Assembly: GCA_964342815.1 (NCBI GenBank) | Contig: CAYFHS010000015.1 | Location: 23,797 to 87,796 of the forward strand | Reading direction: 5' to 3' | Source: an uncultured archaeon | GTDB lineage: Archaea; Thermoplasmatota; Penumbrarchaeia; JASLWR01 | Length of the DNA: 64,000 nt | Shown here: positions 20,522 through 29,030 of the stretch, in pieces | Position numbering within the stretch: the first letter of the stretch is position 1 | Layout: every line of letters begins with the position of its first letter | Made by a program: the position numbers and the translations under genes | Notes under the pieces: generated by a model | What the model was told of the DNA's origin: nothing | The model's database searches: none | Seen by the model: the letters and a program-made list of their open reading frames with translations, nothing else

Positions 20522-22383
20522 ATAAGTTGCAAAACCCCGGAGAATTGGAAAAGCTGAAAAGGACCATCCAAGATGGTAGAGACCCCAAAAAACCTATAAT
20601 AACAATATGTGGCGGGACCGGATGCAAAGCCTCCGGATGCGATGATATAATTGGCATCTTTAAAAATGAGATCGAGAAACAAAACCTGGGAAATAAGGTG
20701 GACATTCGAATTACCGGATGCCATGGATTTTGCGAAAAAGGCCCTCTCGTTGTCATTCATCCCAAAAAGATATGCTATCCCAGGGTAAAAGGAGAGGATG
20801 TTTCGAGAATTATTTCAGAGACGGTAATGAACGATACGGTGATTGATGAACTGCTCTATGTCGATCCAATCTCAGGTGAAAAAATAACCTATGAATATGA
20901 CATACCATTCTACAAAAAGCAGACGAGGACAATTTTCGGAAGTAATGGCCATATCGACCCCACCAGTATTGAAGATTATATTGCCATCGGTGGATATTCC
21001 GCCCTTTCGAAGACGCTAAGCAATATGACCCCAGGTAGCGTTATCGAGGAAATAAAGAGTTCAGGGTTGAGAGGAAGGGGAGGTGGAGGATTTTCTACAG
21101 GTAGAAAATGGGCGACCGCAGCCAAATTCGATACGGAGAAGAAATACATATTATGCAATGCGGACGAGGGAGATCCCGGGGCATACATGGATCGTAGCGT
21201 TCTCGAAGGAAACCCCCACAGCGTGATCGAAGGTATGATCATCGGCGCATTCGCAGTTGGGTCCAATGACGGTTATATCTATGTCAGAGCCGAATACCCG
21301 CTGGCCGTCTCTCATTTCATAAAAGCCCTGGAAACTGCAAGAGAATATGGGCTCCTGGGCACGAACATATTGGGAAGCGGATTTGATTTTGACATAAGGG
21401 TCTATCAGGGTGGTGGCGCCTTCGTTTGCGGAGAATCGTCAGCTCTCATTCAATCCATCGAAGGAAAGGTGGGCGAACCCAGAGCAAAGCACATCCACGC
21501 TACGGAAAAAGGCCTATGGGGATACCCAACCGTATTGAACAACGTCGAAACCTGGGCCAACGTTCCACTGATAATCAACAAGGGTGCCGATTGGTATGCT
21601 GGTATAGGTACCGATGGGAGTAAAGGAACGAAAATATTTTCTCTCGTCGGGAAGATAAACAATACCGGTCTGGTGGAAGTCCCCATGGGTATTACCATAA
21701 GGGAAATAGTATATGATATCGGCGGGGGAATACCCGAAGGAAAAAAATTCAAAGCAATTCAAACCGGCGGCCCCTCCGGTGGATGCATTCCCGAATCACT
21801 GATCGACATGGCAATCGATTTCGACGAATTAACAAAAGCCGGCTCCATGATGGGATCCGGGGGAATGATCGTGATGGATGAAGGGACCTGTATGGTTGAT
21901 GTCGCCAAATATTTTATCGAATTCAACCTCGATGAGTCCTGCGGCAAATGCGTGTCTTGCAGGGAAGGCAATGCACGGATATTGGAAATACTTGAAGACA
22001 TCTGTCAAGGCAATGGCAATGAAAATTCGATACCCATGCTGGAGGAATTTGCAGATCATGTGAAGGACCTCTCGCTGTGTGGGCTTGGAAAGACTGCTCC
22101 AAATCCGGTTCTTACGACACTGCGGTATTTCAAAGACGAATATCTTGCCCATATCGAGAAAAAAGAGTGCCCCGCGAAGACCTGCAAGCCACTGATACGC
22201 TATGTCATAGACCCGGATGCATGCAAAGGCTGCAGAGCCTGTGCGCGAAAATGTCCGGTTGAGGCGATTACCGGTGAAAAGAAAGAACCACATGTTATCG
22301 ATGGAAATATTTGTACAAAATGCGGCACGTGTATCGAGACATGTAAATTCAATTCTATAATAATTGAAACGGGGGGGGTATAA
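20518..22383 (+). CDS. nuoF: NuoF/HydB-like FMN/NADH-binding subunit with N-terminal thioredoxin-like [2Fe-2S] and C-terminal 2[4Fe-4S] domains
   Basis: CGGTGC...GCHGFCEKGP, GLRGRGGGGF, CNADEGDPGAYMDR, GGGAFVCGE, GGPSGG, ESCGKCVSCREG, LCGLG, and two CxxCxxCxxxC motifs. Confidence 0.93.
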   Translation: MNKLQNPGELEKLKRTIQDGRDPKKPIITICGGTGCKASGCDDIIGIFKNEIEKQNLGNKVDIRITGCHGFCEKGPLVVIHPKKICYPRVKGEDVSRIISETVMNDTVIDELLYVDPISGEKITYEYDIPFYKKQTRTIFGSNGHIDPTSIEDYIAIGGYSALSKTLSNMTPGSVIEEIKSSGLRGRGGGGFSTGRKWATAAKFDTEKKYILCNADEGDPGAYMDRSVLEGNPHSVIEGMIIGAFAVGSNDGYIYVRAEYPLAVSHFIKALETAREYGLLGTNILGSGFDFDIRVYQGGGAFVCGESSALIQSIEGKVGEPRAKHIHATEKGLWGYPTVLNNVETWANVPLIINKGADWYAGIGTDGSKGTKIFSLVGKINNTGLVEVPMGITIREIVYDIGGGIPEGKKFKAIQTGGPSGGCIPESLIDMAIDFDELTKAGSMMGSGGMIVMDEGTCMVDVAKYFIEFNLDESCGKCVSCREGNARILEILEDICQGNGNENSIPMLEEFADHVKDLSLCGLGKTAPNPVLTTLRYFKDEYLAHIEKKECPAKTCKPLIRYVIDPDACKGCRACARKCPVEAITGEKKEPHVIDGNICTKCGTCIETCKFNSIIIETGGV

Positions 22384-22384
22384 A

Positions 22385-24157
22385 ATGGTCATGATCGAGA
22401 TCAACGGGACGAAGTTCGACGCCCCGAAAGGCAAAATGGTTCTCGAAGTTGCGAAGGAAAATAAAATCGACATTCCAACGCTTTGTTATCATAAAGCTCT
22501 TCCACCCTACGGGGCCTGTCAGCTCTGCGTTGTGGAGATTCTGAAGAACGGATGGTCCAAACTTGCAACATCCTGTACCCTACCGGTGATGGAGGGTTTG
22601 AAGGTTGAGACCGATTCCGAGCGTGTTATAAAAAGAAGAAAAATGAATATAGAACTTATGCTGGGTCGCTGCCCGGAAGAAGAAGTTCTCCTGAAACTGG
22701 CCCAGGAGTATAATGTTGGAAAACCAAGATTCAAGGAAATGGATGACGATTGCATCCTATGCGGATTGTGTGTCAGAATGTGCGAGCGGATGGGTATGGA
22801 GGCAATTAGCTTTACCGGTCGTGGCAAGGACCGTGATCTGGGAACGCCTTTCAAGGAAAAATCAGACGTCTGCATGACCTGCGGTGCCTGTTTATACGTC
22901 TGCCCCACATCGAGATTTTCAAGTGAGGAAGTCGAAAGTATTAGTGGAAACAAACCACTGCCGATTCCTGCGGAATTCAACGCAGGAATGGAACCCCGCC
23001 CAGTAATAAGTATTCCTTTTCCCCAGGCGGTACCAAAAATACCTGTTATAGACAGGGAACGGTGTGTCCATTTTCAGACGGGTAATTGTAAGACATGCGA
23101 AACTTTTTGCGAACCGGGAGCCATCGATTACGAGCAGGAAGATGAGATATTGGATCTTGATATAGGTTCTATTATCGTCGCTACGGGTTTCGATCTCTTC
23201 GATCCATCGATAAAACCTCAGTATGGCTATGGGAAATTCTCGAATGTGCTCACCGGCCTGGAATTCGAGCGGCTGGTTTCGGCGTCCGGTCCGACTGAAG
23301 GCCACGTTGAACTCAATGGTAAAGAACCCAAAAGGGTGGTGTTCATACAGTGCGTAGGTTCGAGAGACAAGGAGGGCCATGAATACTGTTCACGTGTTTG
23401 TTGCATGTACACTGCTAAACACGCTCATCTCGTGGGAGACAAGGTACCCGGTGCGGAGATAACAATTTTTTATACCGATGTAAGGGCTTTTGGGAAGGGA
23501 TTCGAAGAGTTCTATGTCAGGGTACAGGAGGAAGGCGTGGATTACAGGAGAAGAGAATTGGACGATTTTATCGAGGTTGTCCAGAAGGATGATAGTGATA
23601 GTTTAGTTGTTAGGGCGGAGGGTCATCCGGATATCGAAGCTGATCTGGTTGTGTTGGCCACGGCCATCGAGCCGAGAAAGGATGCCGGCAAGATGATGAA
23701 TATTCTGAACATCACCCAGAGCGGCGACGGTTTCATGCTGGAGGCTCACCCGAAACTACGACCTGTGGATACCTTCACAGACGGTGTTTTCCTGGCAGGA
23801 TGCTGCCAGGCACCGCGGGATATACCGGATACGGTGGCACAGGCGAGTGGGGCCGCCGCAATGGCATGCAGTATTCTTTCGAAGGATAATCTCGAGATCG
23901 ATCCTCTGACGTCTTATGTGGACGAGGCATTATGTCGGGGCTGCGGTTTCTGTGTCGAGGTCTGCCCGTACGATGCCCTTTCGCTGGAAGAAGTGAACCG
24001 GTTCGGACATCTGGTTGATGTGGCAAAGGTCAACGAGGCGCTTTGCAAGGGTTGCGGTTCATGTGTAGGCACCTGCTTGTCGGGTGCGATACAGGTTAGA
24101 GGATATAATGATAAACAGATACATGCCGCCATCAGCGCACTGGGGGTGACCAAATGA
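22385..24157 (+). CDS. Fusion of a NuoG/HydA N-terminal Fe-S module with the HdrA C-terminal half
   Basis: N-terminus has IPTLCYH...GACQLCVVE...SC ([2Fe-2S]), CILCGLCVRMC and CMTCGACLYVCP. From PIPAEFNAGM onward it is colinear with the upstream HdrA: IPFPQAVP, IVATG, CSRVCCMY, EAHPKLRP, C-terminal ferredoxin. Confidence 0.92.
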   Translation: MVMIEINGTKFDAPKGKMVLEVAKENKIDIPTLCYHKALPPYGACQLCVVEILKNGWSKLATSCTLPVMEGLKVETDSERVIKRRKMNIELMLGRCPEEEVLLKLAQEYNVGKPRFKEMDDDCILCGLCVRMCERMGMEAISFTGRGKDRDLGTPFKEKSDVCMTCGACLYVCPTSRFSSEEVESISGNKPLPIPAEFNAGMEPRPVISIPFPQAVPKIPVIDRERCVHFQTGNCKTCETFCEPGAIDYEQEDEILDLDIGSIIVATGFDLFDPSIKPQYGYGKFSNVLTGLEFERLVSASGPTEGHVELNGKEPKRVVFIQCVGSRDKEGHEYCSRVCCMYTAKHAHLVGDKVPGAEITIFYTDVRAFGKGFEEFYVRVQEEGVDYRRRELDDFIEVVQKDDSDSLVVRAEGHPDIEADLVVLATAIEPRKDAGKMMNILNITQSGDGFMLEAHPKLRPVDTFTDGVFLAGCCQAPRDIPDTVAQASGAAAMACSILSKDNLEIDPLTSYVDEALCRGCGFCVEVCPYDALSLEEVNRFGHLVDVAKVNEALCKGCGSCVGTCLSGAIQVRGYNDKQIHAAISALGVTK

Positions 24158-24348
24158 GCGAGGAAGTACAAGCTGAGTTCGAACCAGACATCGTTGCCTT
24201 TCTATGTAATTGGTGGAGTTTTTTTCTTTGTGCAATTTTCTGTGCTGGCTCCCCCTCGCAAAGAAAAAAATTCGGAAATGAAGAAACTCGAGGGAGCCTG
24301 CTCGAAAATTGTTACTCACTTCGTTCGCAGAAGGAGGTGGTTATTTGA
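24154..24348 (+). pseudogene. MvhD-like N-terminal stub (EFEPDIVAFLCNW) continuing into unrelated structured sequence; 64-aa ORF
   Basis: 24175-24215 matches the 5' part of the next gene (24351-24391) at 37/41 nt, then diverges. The ORF overlaps the upstream stop (ATGA) and the downstream start (TTGA). Confidence 0.55.
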
Positions 24349-24770
24349 GTGAGTTCGAACCAAATATCGTAGCCTTTCTATGTAACTGGTGCTCGTATGC
24401 AGGAGCCGATCTTGCAGGTACATCGAGAGCCCAATACCCACCGAACGTTAAGGTCATACGTGTGATGTGTTCGAGCCGCATCAATCCGTTATTCCTGATA
24501 AACACACTTCAGCAAGGGGCTGACGGTGTACTGATCGGCGGCTGCCACCCTGGTGATTGTCATTATGTCCAGGGCAATTACTTCGCCAGGAGGAAGTTCG
24601 GCCTCATAAAGAGTCTTATGGAGCAAGTCGGCGTCGATCCGGCAAGAGTGAAAATGGCCTGGGTATCCGCCTCGGAGGGATCAAAGTTTGCTGAATTGAT
24701 CCAGGAGCTTTCGGACGAATTGCGGGAGATTGGTCCCATGGAACAGTTCAAAAGGAGGGATGAGCTGTGA
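24345..24770 (+). CDS. flxD: MvhD/FlxD [2Fe-2S] subunit
   Basis: FEPNIVAFLCNWCSYAGADLAG, RVMCS, GCHPGDCHY, WVSASEG. TTG start at 24345 preceded by GGAGGTG. Confidence 0.93.
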   Translation: MSEFEPNIVAFLCNWCSYAGADLAGTSRAQYPPNVKVIRVMCSSRINPLFLINTLQQGADGVLIGGCHPGDCHYVQGNYFARRKFGLIKSLMEQVGVDPARVKMAWVSASEGSKFAELIQELSDELREIGPMEQFKRRDEL

Positions 24771-25735
24771 TTACGGAAATTCGAGAGGCGGTGAAGGAAT
24801 ATCTGGCCCGTGATGATGTAAAATATGCCATTGGCTACGAAAAGGGAACCTACGGCTCAAAGGTCGCTCCGTCATTTGCATTTTCTCCGAAGGACGTTGA
24901 TAAATTCATCTTTTCACCATTGTGCATCAATAACCTGGCCGTCTATCCGCTCCTAGAAGAAAAATTACCTTTACCAAGGGGACAGACAGCCGAGAAATCA
25001 AAGATTGTTGTTGTCCTGAAAGGATGTGACTCAAAGGCCATGCTCCAAATAATCAACGAAAAGGGATTGTCCCGTGATGATATCATTATTATCGGAGTGT
25101 CCTGCTCCGGAGTCATAGACCCGAAAAAGCTTCAGGCAAAGTTCCCAAATTCTCCAATCGACGCTGCCTATAAAGACGGTAAGTTCCTGCTGCTGGTCAA
25201 TGGGGAAGAACAGCATATTTCAAAAGATGAACTCATCTTTGAGAAGTGCAAGGTATGTGAAAATCCCAATCCGGTTATCTACGATCTGCTTGTGGGAGAA
25301 AAGGTTGAACCAAAGGTCGACGATTTTACCGACGTTACAGCGAGGAAGGACGATAAACCGGAGGAAAGATGGAACCACTGGGGACAGGAGTTCGACCGTT
25401 GTATCCGATGTTACGCCTGCAGAGGTGTTTGCCCCATGTGCTACTGCAAGAAGTGTATTGCAGAAGAGTTGAGACCGGCATGGATCGGACGTTCGGTAAA
25501 TTTGTCAGAAAATACCGCTTGGAACCTGATCAGGGCCTACCACCTTGCAGGAAGATGCATCGATTGCGGTGAATGCGAGAGGGTTTGTCCCATGGACCTC
25601 CCATTACGGGAACTGAACCGAAAGATGGCAAAAGATGTTTTTGAGTTATTCGATTACAAGGCCGGAATCAACCTGGACGGGAAACCGGTTTTAGCTGTCT
25701 ACAAACCCGATGACCCGGAGGATTTTATATTGTAG
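24767..25735 (+). CDS. flxC: FlxC-like Fe-S protein (FdhB/FrhB-related, C-terminal 2[4Fe-4S])
   Basis: CIRCYACRGVCPMCYC and RCIDCGECERVCP motifs; position between mvhD/flxD and an AsrA-like gene matches the flxDCBA order. Confidence 0.82.
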   Translation: MITEIREAVKEYLARDDVKYAIGYEKGTYGSKVAPSFAFSPKDVDKFIFSPLCINNLAVYPLLEEKLPLPRGQTAEKSKIVVVLKGCDSKAMLQIINEKGLSRDDIIIIGVSCSGVIDPKKLQAKFPNSPIDAAYKDGKFLLLVNGEEQHISKDELIFEKCKVCENPNPVIYDLLVGEKVEPKVDDFTDVTARKDDKPEERWNHWGQEFDRCIRCYACRGVCPMCYCKKCIAEELRPAWIGRSVNLSENTAWNLIRAYHLAGRCIDCGECERVCPMDLPLRELNRKMAKDVFELFDYKAGINLDGKPVLAVYKPDDPEDFIL

Positions 25736-25743
25736 GTGATAGC

Positions 25744-26754
25744 ATGATATTGCCAAAGAACAAACTGAACCATTGGCTGGCCGCCCTGAAGAAACATGAT
25801 CTGTTCACCCCTACCCGGAACGGTGACGTTGTTCTTTTCAGTCCCTTTTCCGGAGAAAAAGATGTCATTCTGGAGGGGAGGCCAACCTTGGGCCCCAAGG
25901 GTATATTGTTTCCCCAGACCGAAACCCTTTTTACATATCGTATCGGAAAAAATGCAGAAATTGTGGATGCTGCAGACAAGCGAACGAAGAGGATCATATT
26001 CGGCATCCGTCCCTGTGATGCCAGGGCGTTCTCGGTTCTGGATAATCTGTTCAAGGATGAATACCAGGACACTTATTACCTAAATGCGAGAGAAGCCACG
26101 ACCCTGGTTGGTCTGACCTGTTCCCAGCCGAATACAAACTGTTTCTGTACCTCCCTGTCCGGCAGCCCAGGTGAAAGAGACGACGTAGACATTCTGCTCA
26201 CCGACCTCGGTGACGGATATTACGTTGATATCGTAACCGAAAAGGGACAAATTTTGGTGGACGAGAACTATCAGCTCTTCTCGGAGGTCTCCGACAGTGA
26301 CGAAAGCAGGAAAGAGGCAATAATAGCGGATGCGGAAAAAAGCATTTCAAGAATGATCGATTCCACCGACCTGCCCAACAAATTAGGGAAGATTTTCGAG
26401 AGTGACTATTGGAATAAGACCGCTATGAAATGTATCGGCTGCGGGACCTGCACATACCTCTGCCCAACCTGCTATTGTTTCGATATACAGGATGAGATTC
26501 AGGGTATAAAGGGTAAGAGAGCGCGAATGTGGGATTCATGCATGTACCCCGAATATACCATACACACGTCCGGCCACAATCCCAGGCCTGCCAGGATGAA
26601 TAGAATTCGGAACAGGGTATATCACAAGTTCAAGTACTACCATGATAATTTTGACGTCCATCTCTGCATAGGATGCGGCAGATGCGTGGACAAATGTCCC
26701 GTGAACATAGATATAATCGACATAATAACCCATGTGAAGGAGGGAGCACAATGA
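25744..26754 (+). CDS. flxB: FlxB-like Fe-S protein (AsrA / sulfhydrogenase beta family)
   Basis: FGIRPCD, C...CFCTS, CIGCGTCTYLCPTCYCF, WDSC, RNRVYHKF, CIGCGRCVDKCP. Confidence 0.88.
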   Translation: MILPKNKLNHWLAALKKHDLFTPTRNGDVVLFSPFSGEKDVILEGRPTLGPKGILFPQTETLFTYRIGKNAEIVDAADKRTKRIIFGIRPCDARAFSVLDNLFKDEYQDTYYLNAREATTLVGLTCSQPNTNCFCTSLSGSPGERDDVDILLTDLGDGYYVDIVTEKGQILVDENYQLFSEVSDSDESRKEAIIADAEKSISRMIDSTDLPNKLGKIFESDYWNKTAMKCIGCGTCTYLCPTCYCFDIQDEIQGIKGKRARMWDSCMYPEYTIHTSGHNPRPARMNRIRNRVYHKFKYYHDNFDVHLCIGCGRCVDKCPVNIDIIDIITHVKEGAQ

Positions 26755-27677
26755 GCAATCCCTATGTACCCCGTCTTGCCAAAGTTGTTGAGATACGCAA
26801 GGAAGTGGGGGGTCCAAGGCCGATTAAGACCTTCAAGATGGAATTCAATGACCCGAATATAAGAAATTCTTTCGAGTTCAAACAGGGTCAGACCGCCATG
26901 CTGAGCGTTCTCGGTGTCGGGGAGAGTATGTTTGCCATATCGTCTCCCTCTACTCGAAAAGGATACATCGAGTGCAGCGTGATGAACGCAGGGGGGAAAA
27001 ACACAACAGCCCTTCACCAACTGGAAGTGGGTGATACGGTTGCTATCCGCGGCCCTTACGGCAATCATTTTCCATTGGATGATTGGAAGGGAAAGAACCT
27101 GATATTCATCGGAGGAGGGATTGGGCAGGCGCCTTTGAGATCAGTCTATATGACTGCTTTGGATCGAAGGGATGAGTTTGGGGATATCCTCATCATTTAC
27201 GGGGCGCGGACCTCCGACGACCTGGCTTTCAAATACGAACTTGATGAACTGGAGAAACGGGAGGATGTTGACCTCAGATTATGTCTCGACTGGAAATTCG
27301 GCCCGGGGGGAAAGATACAGGAAGAGGCGGAAGCAGGATGGAAGGTTATCAACACCGAGGAACCTGCTTGTACACTGGATGAGGATTCATTATGTTCAAA
27401 GTTCACCTGTTTCGTGCCAGAATTGGTGCTGGTGATGGCCCCCCGTTCAGAAAACACCATTGCCTTGACCTGCGGGCCGCCCATAATGATCAAGTTCGTG
27501 GTTCAGAATTTATCGAAACTGGGATTCCACCCGCAGCAGATATATACCACAATGGAGATGAGAATGAAATGCGGGATTGGTAAATGTGGTCGATGTAATA
27601 TCGGAAATCTTTATGTATGCAAGGACGGCCCCGTTTTCACCAATGAAGAATTGAAAAATGTACAAGGGGAGAGGTGA
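26751..27677 (+). CDS. flxA: FlxA-like FAD/NAD(H)-binding oxidoreductase (AsrB / sulfhydrogenase gamma family)
   Basis: RGPYGN, GGGIGQAPLRS, CGPPIM and MKCGIGKCGRC...C ([2Fe-2S]). ATG at 26751 overlaps the flxB stop. Confidence 0.9.
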   Translation: MSNPYVPRLAKVVEIRKEVGGPRPIKTFKMEFNDPNIRNSFEFKQGQTAMLSVLGVGESMFAISSPSTRKGYIECSVMNAGGKNTTALHQLEVGDTVAIRGPYGNHFPLDDWKGKNLIFIGGGIGQAPLRSVYMTALDRRDEFGDILIIYGARTSDDLAFKYELDELEKREDVDLRLCLDWKFGPGGKIQEEAEAGWKVINTEEPACTLDEDSLCSKFTCFVPELVLVMAPRSENTIALTCGPPIMIKFVVQNLSKLGFHPQQIYTTMEMRMKCGIGKCGRCNIGNLYVCKDGPVFTNEELKNVQGER

Positions 27678-27682
27678 TATAG

Positions 27683-28096
27683 ATGGATGAATACGAGCCA
27701 AAGATCATAGCTTTCTGCTGTAACTGGTGCAGTTATGCCGGAGCGGACCTCGCCGGAACGTCGAGAACGCAATATCCGCCAAATGTCAGGATCATACGGG
27801 TAATGTGCTCGGGTATGGTACACCCTAATCTCGTTATTGAAGCCCTAACAAAGGGAGCGGATGGTGTGCTCATATGCGGATGTCATATTGGGGACTGCCA
27901 CTATATCGAAGGGAACCACAGAACCGAGAAAAGGGCGGAGGCTATTGAGCTGATGCTGGAGGATTTTGGTCTTGAATACGAGAGATTCAGGCTGGAATGG
28001 GTATCGGCCAGCGAGGGAGCAAAATTTGCCCGAGTCGTAGGTGAAATGGTGGAGGATCTGAAAATGGTCGGACCCAGTCCTTACGCACCGATGTAA
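27683..28096 (+). CDS. mvhD: Second MvhD [2Fe-2S] subunit
   Basis: YEPKIIAFCCNWCSYAGADLAG, RVMCSG, GCHIGDCHY, WVSASEG. Confidence 0.93.
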   Translation: MDEYEPKIIAFCCNWCSYAGADLAGTSRTQYPPNVRIIRVMCSGMVHPNLVIEALTKGADGVLICGCHIGDCHYIEGNHRTEKRAEAIELMLEDFGLEYERFRLEWVSASEGAKFARVVGEMVEDLKMVGPSPYAPM

Positions 28097-28120
28097 TTAC
28101 ATTTCATATGAACTACCATT

Positions 28121-28630
28121 GTGAGCCTTATGGAAAACACGGACGTCCCGGATTATTTTAGCAGACCCATCCTGGTATTCGGCTGCGGGAATGATCTACT
28201 GGGTGATGACGGATTCGGCCCGGCAGTGATGGATTATTACCACAAAAAACATGAGATCCCGGATTTCGCTTGCGTTATGAACGTGGGAACCAGCATACGG
28301 AAGATCCTGTTCGACATCGTGATAGGTGAATCCAAACCTGACAAGATAGTGGTGATCGATGCTTTGGATGTCGGAAAAAAGGCCGGAGAGGTTTTCGAGC
28401 TGCCGTTGGATGATATTCCAGAAATCAAGATAGATGATTTTTCGATGCATCAGGTACCTACCTCGAACCTCCTAAAGGAACTGAGAGATTACTGCAGTGT
28501 GGAGATAGTGATACTCGCTTGCCAGATAGAGAACATTCCCGAAATGGTCCAACCGGGTCTTTCGGTCAGTGTAAGCAAAGCGATCCCTGTAATGTGTGAG
28601 ATGATCCATAAAATAATATACGCAGAGTAA
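28121..28630 (+). CDS. Hydrogenase maturation endopeptidase
   Basis: GCGNDLLGDDGFG, VIDA and SMHQ motifs (HybD/HycI/FrhD-type). Confidence 0.92.
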   Translation: MSLMENTDVPDYFSRPILVFGCGNDLLGDDGFGPAVMDYYHKKHEIPDFACVMNVGTSIRKILFDIVIGESKPDKIVVIDALDVGKKAGEVFELPLDDIPEIKIDDFSMHQVPTSNLLKELRDYCSVEIVILACQIENIPEMVQPGLSVSVSKAIPVMCEMIHKIIYAE

Positions 28631-28654
28631 CTATTTAAATTAAAATTTTCAAAA

Positions 28655-28873
28655 ATGGAGGAATCCATCATGGAAAACGATATAGACAGCTATAAGATCA
28701 TAGAAGGTAAGAAATTCATGTGGGATGGTCTCGTATACGAAGAGGAAAACAAGGCACAAGAGACTGAGAACGGATACAAGGAAAAGAATTTCGAGACAAT
28801 GGTTTTGGAAGAAGAGGGAAAATTTCTGATCTATACCAGGCGGGAAGTAACCGAGATAGTACTGGATGATTAG
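28655..28873 (+). CDS. Small acidic hypothetical protein at the end of the hdr-flx operon
   Basis: 72-aa ORF, co-oriented, GGAGG upstream of the second ATG; KFMWDG..Y motif. Confidence 0.6.
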   Translation: MEESIMENDIDSYKIIEGKKFMWDGLVYEEENKAQETENGYKEKNFETMVLEEEGKFLIYTRREVTEIVLDD

Positions 28874-29030
28874 AACTGTTTTCAATAATTTTGGTGACAG
28901 GTATAGTCGGATAACTGGGTGAATTACCGTTTCAGCCACCGGCATCATTCTTGCCGACTCTGTACCACCGCTGATACCAATGGTATTTCGGTATCTAAAA
29001 ATCTAAATACAGCAAAATCAGTTCAGATAT

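Noticed and set aside
21829-22473. 214-aa minus-strand ORF, and the many other 60-220-aa ORFs nested in or opposite long genes
   Set aside because: They lie opposite or out of frame within well-supported CDSs and have no family motifs or start context.
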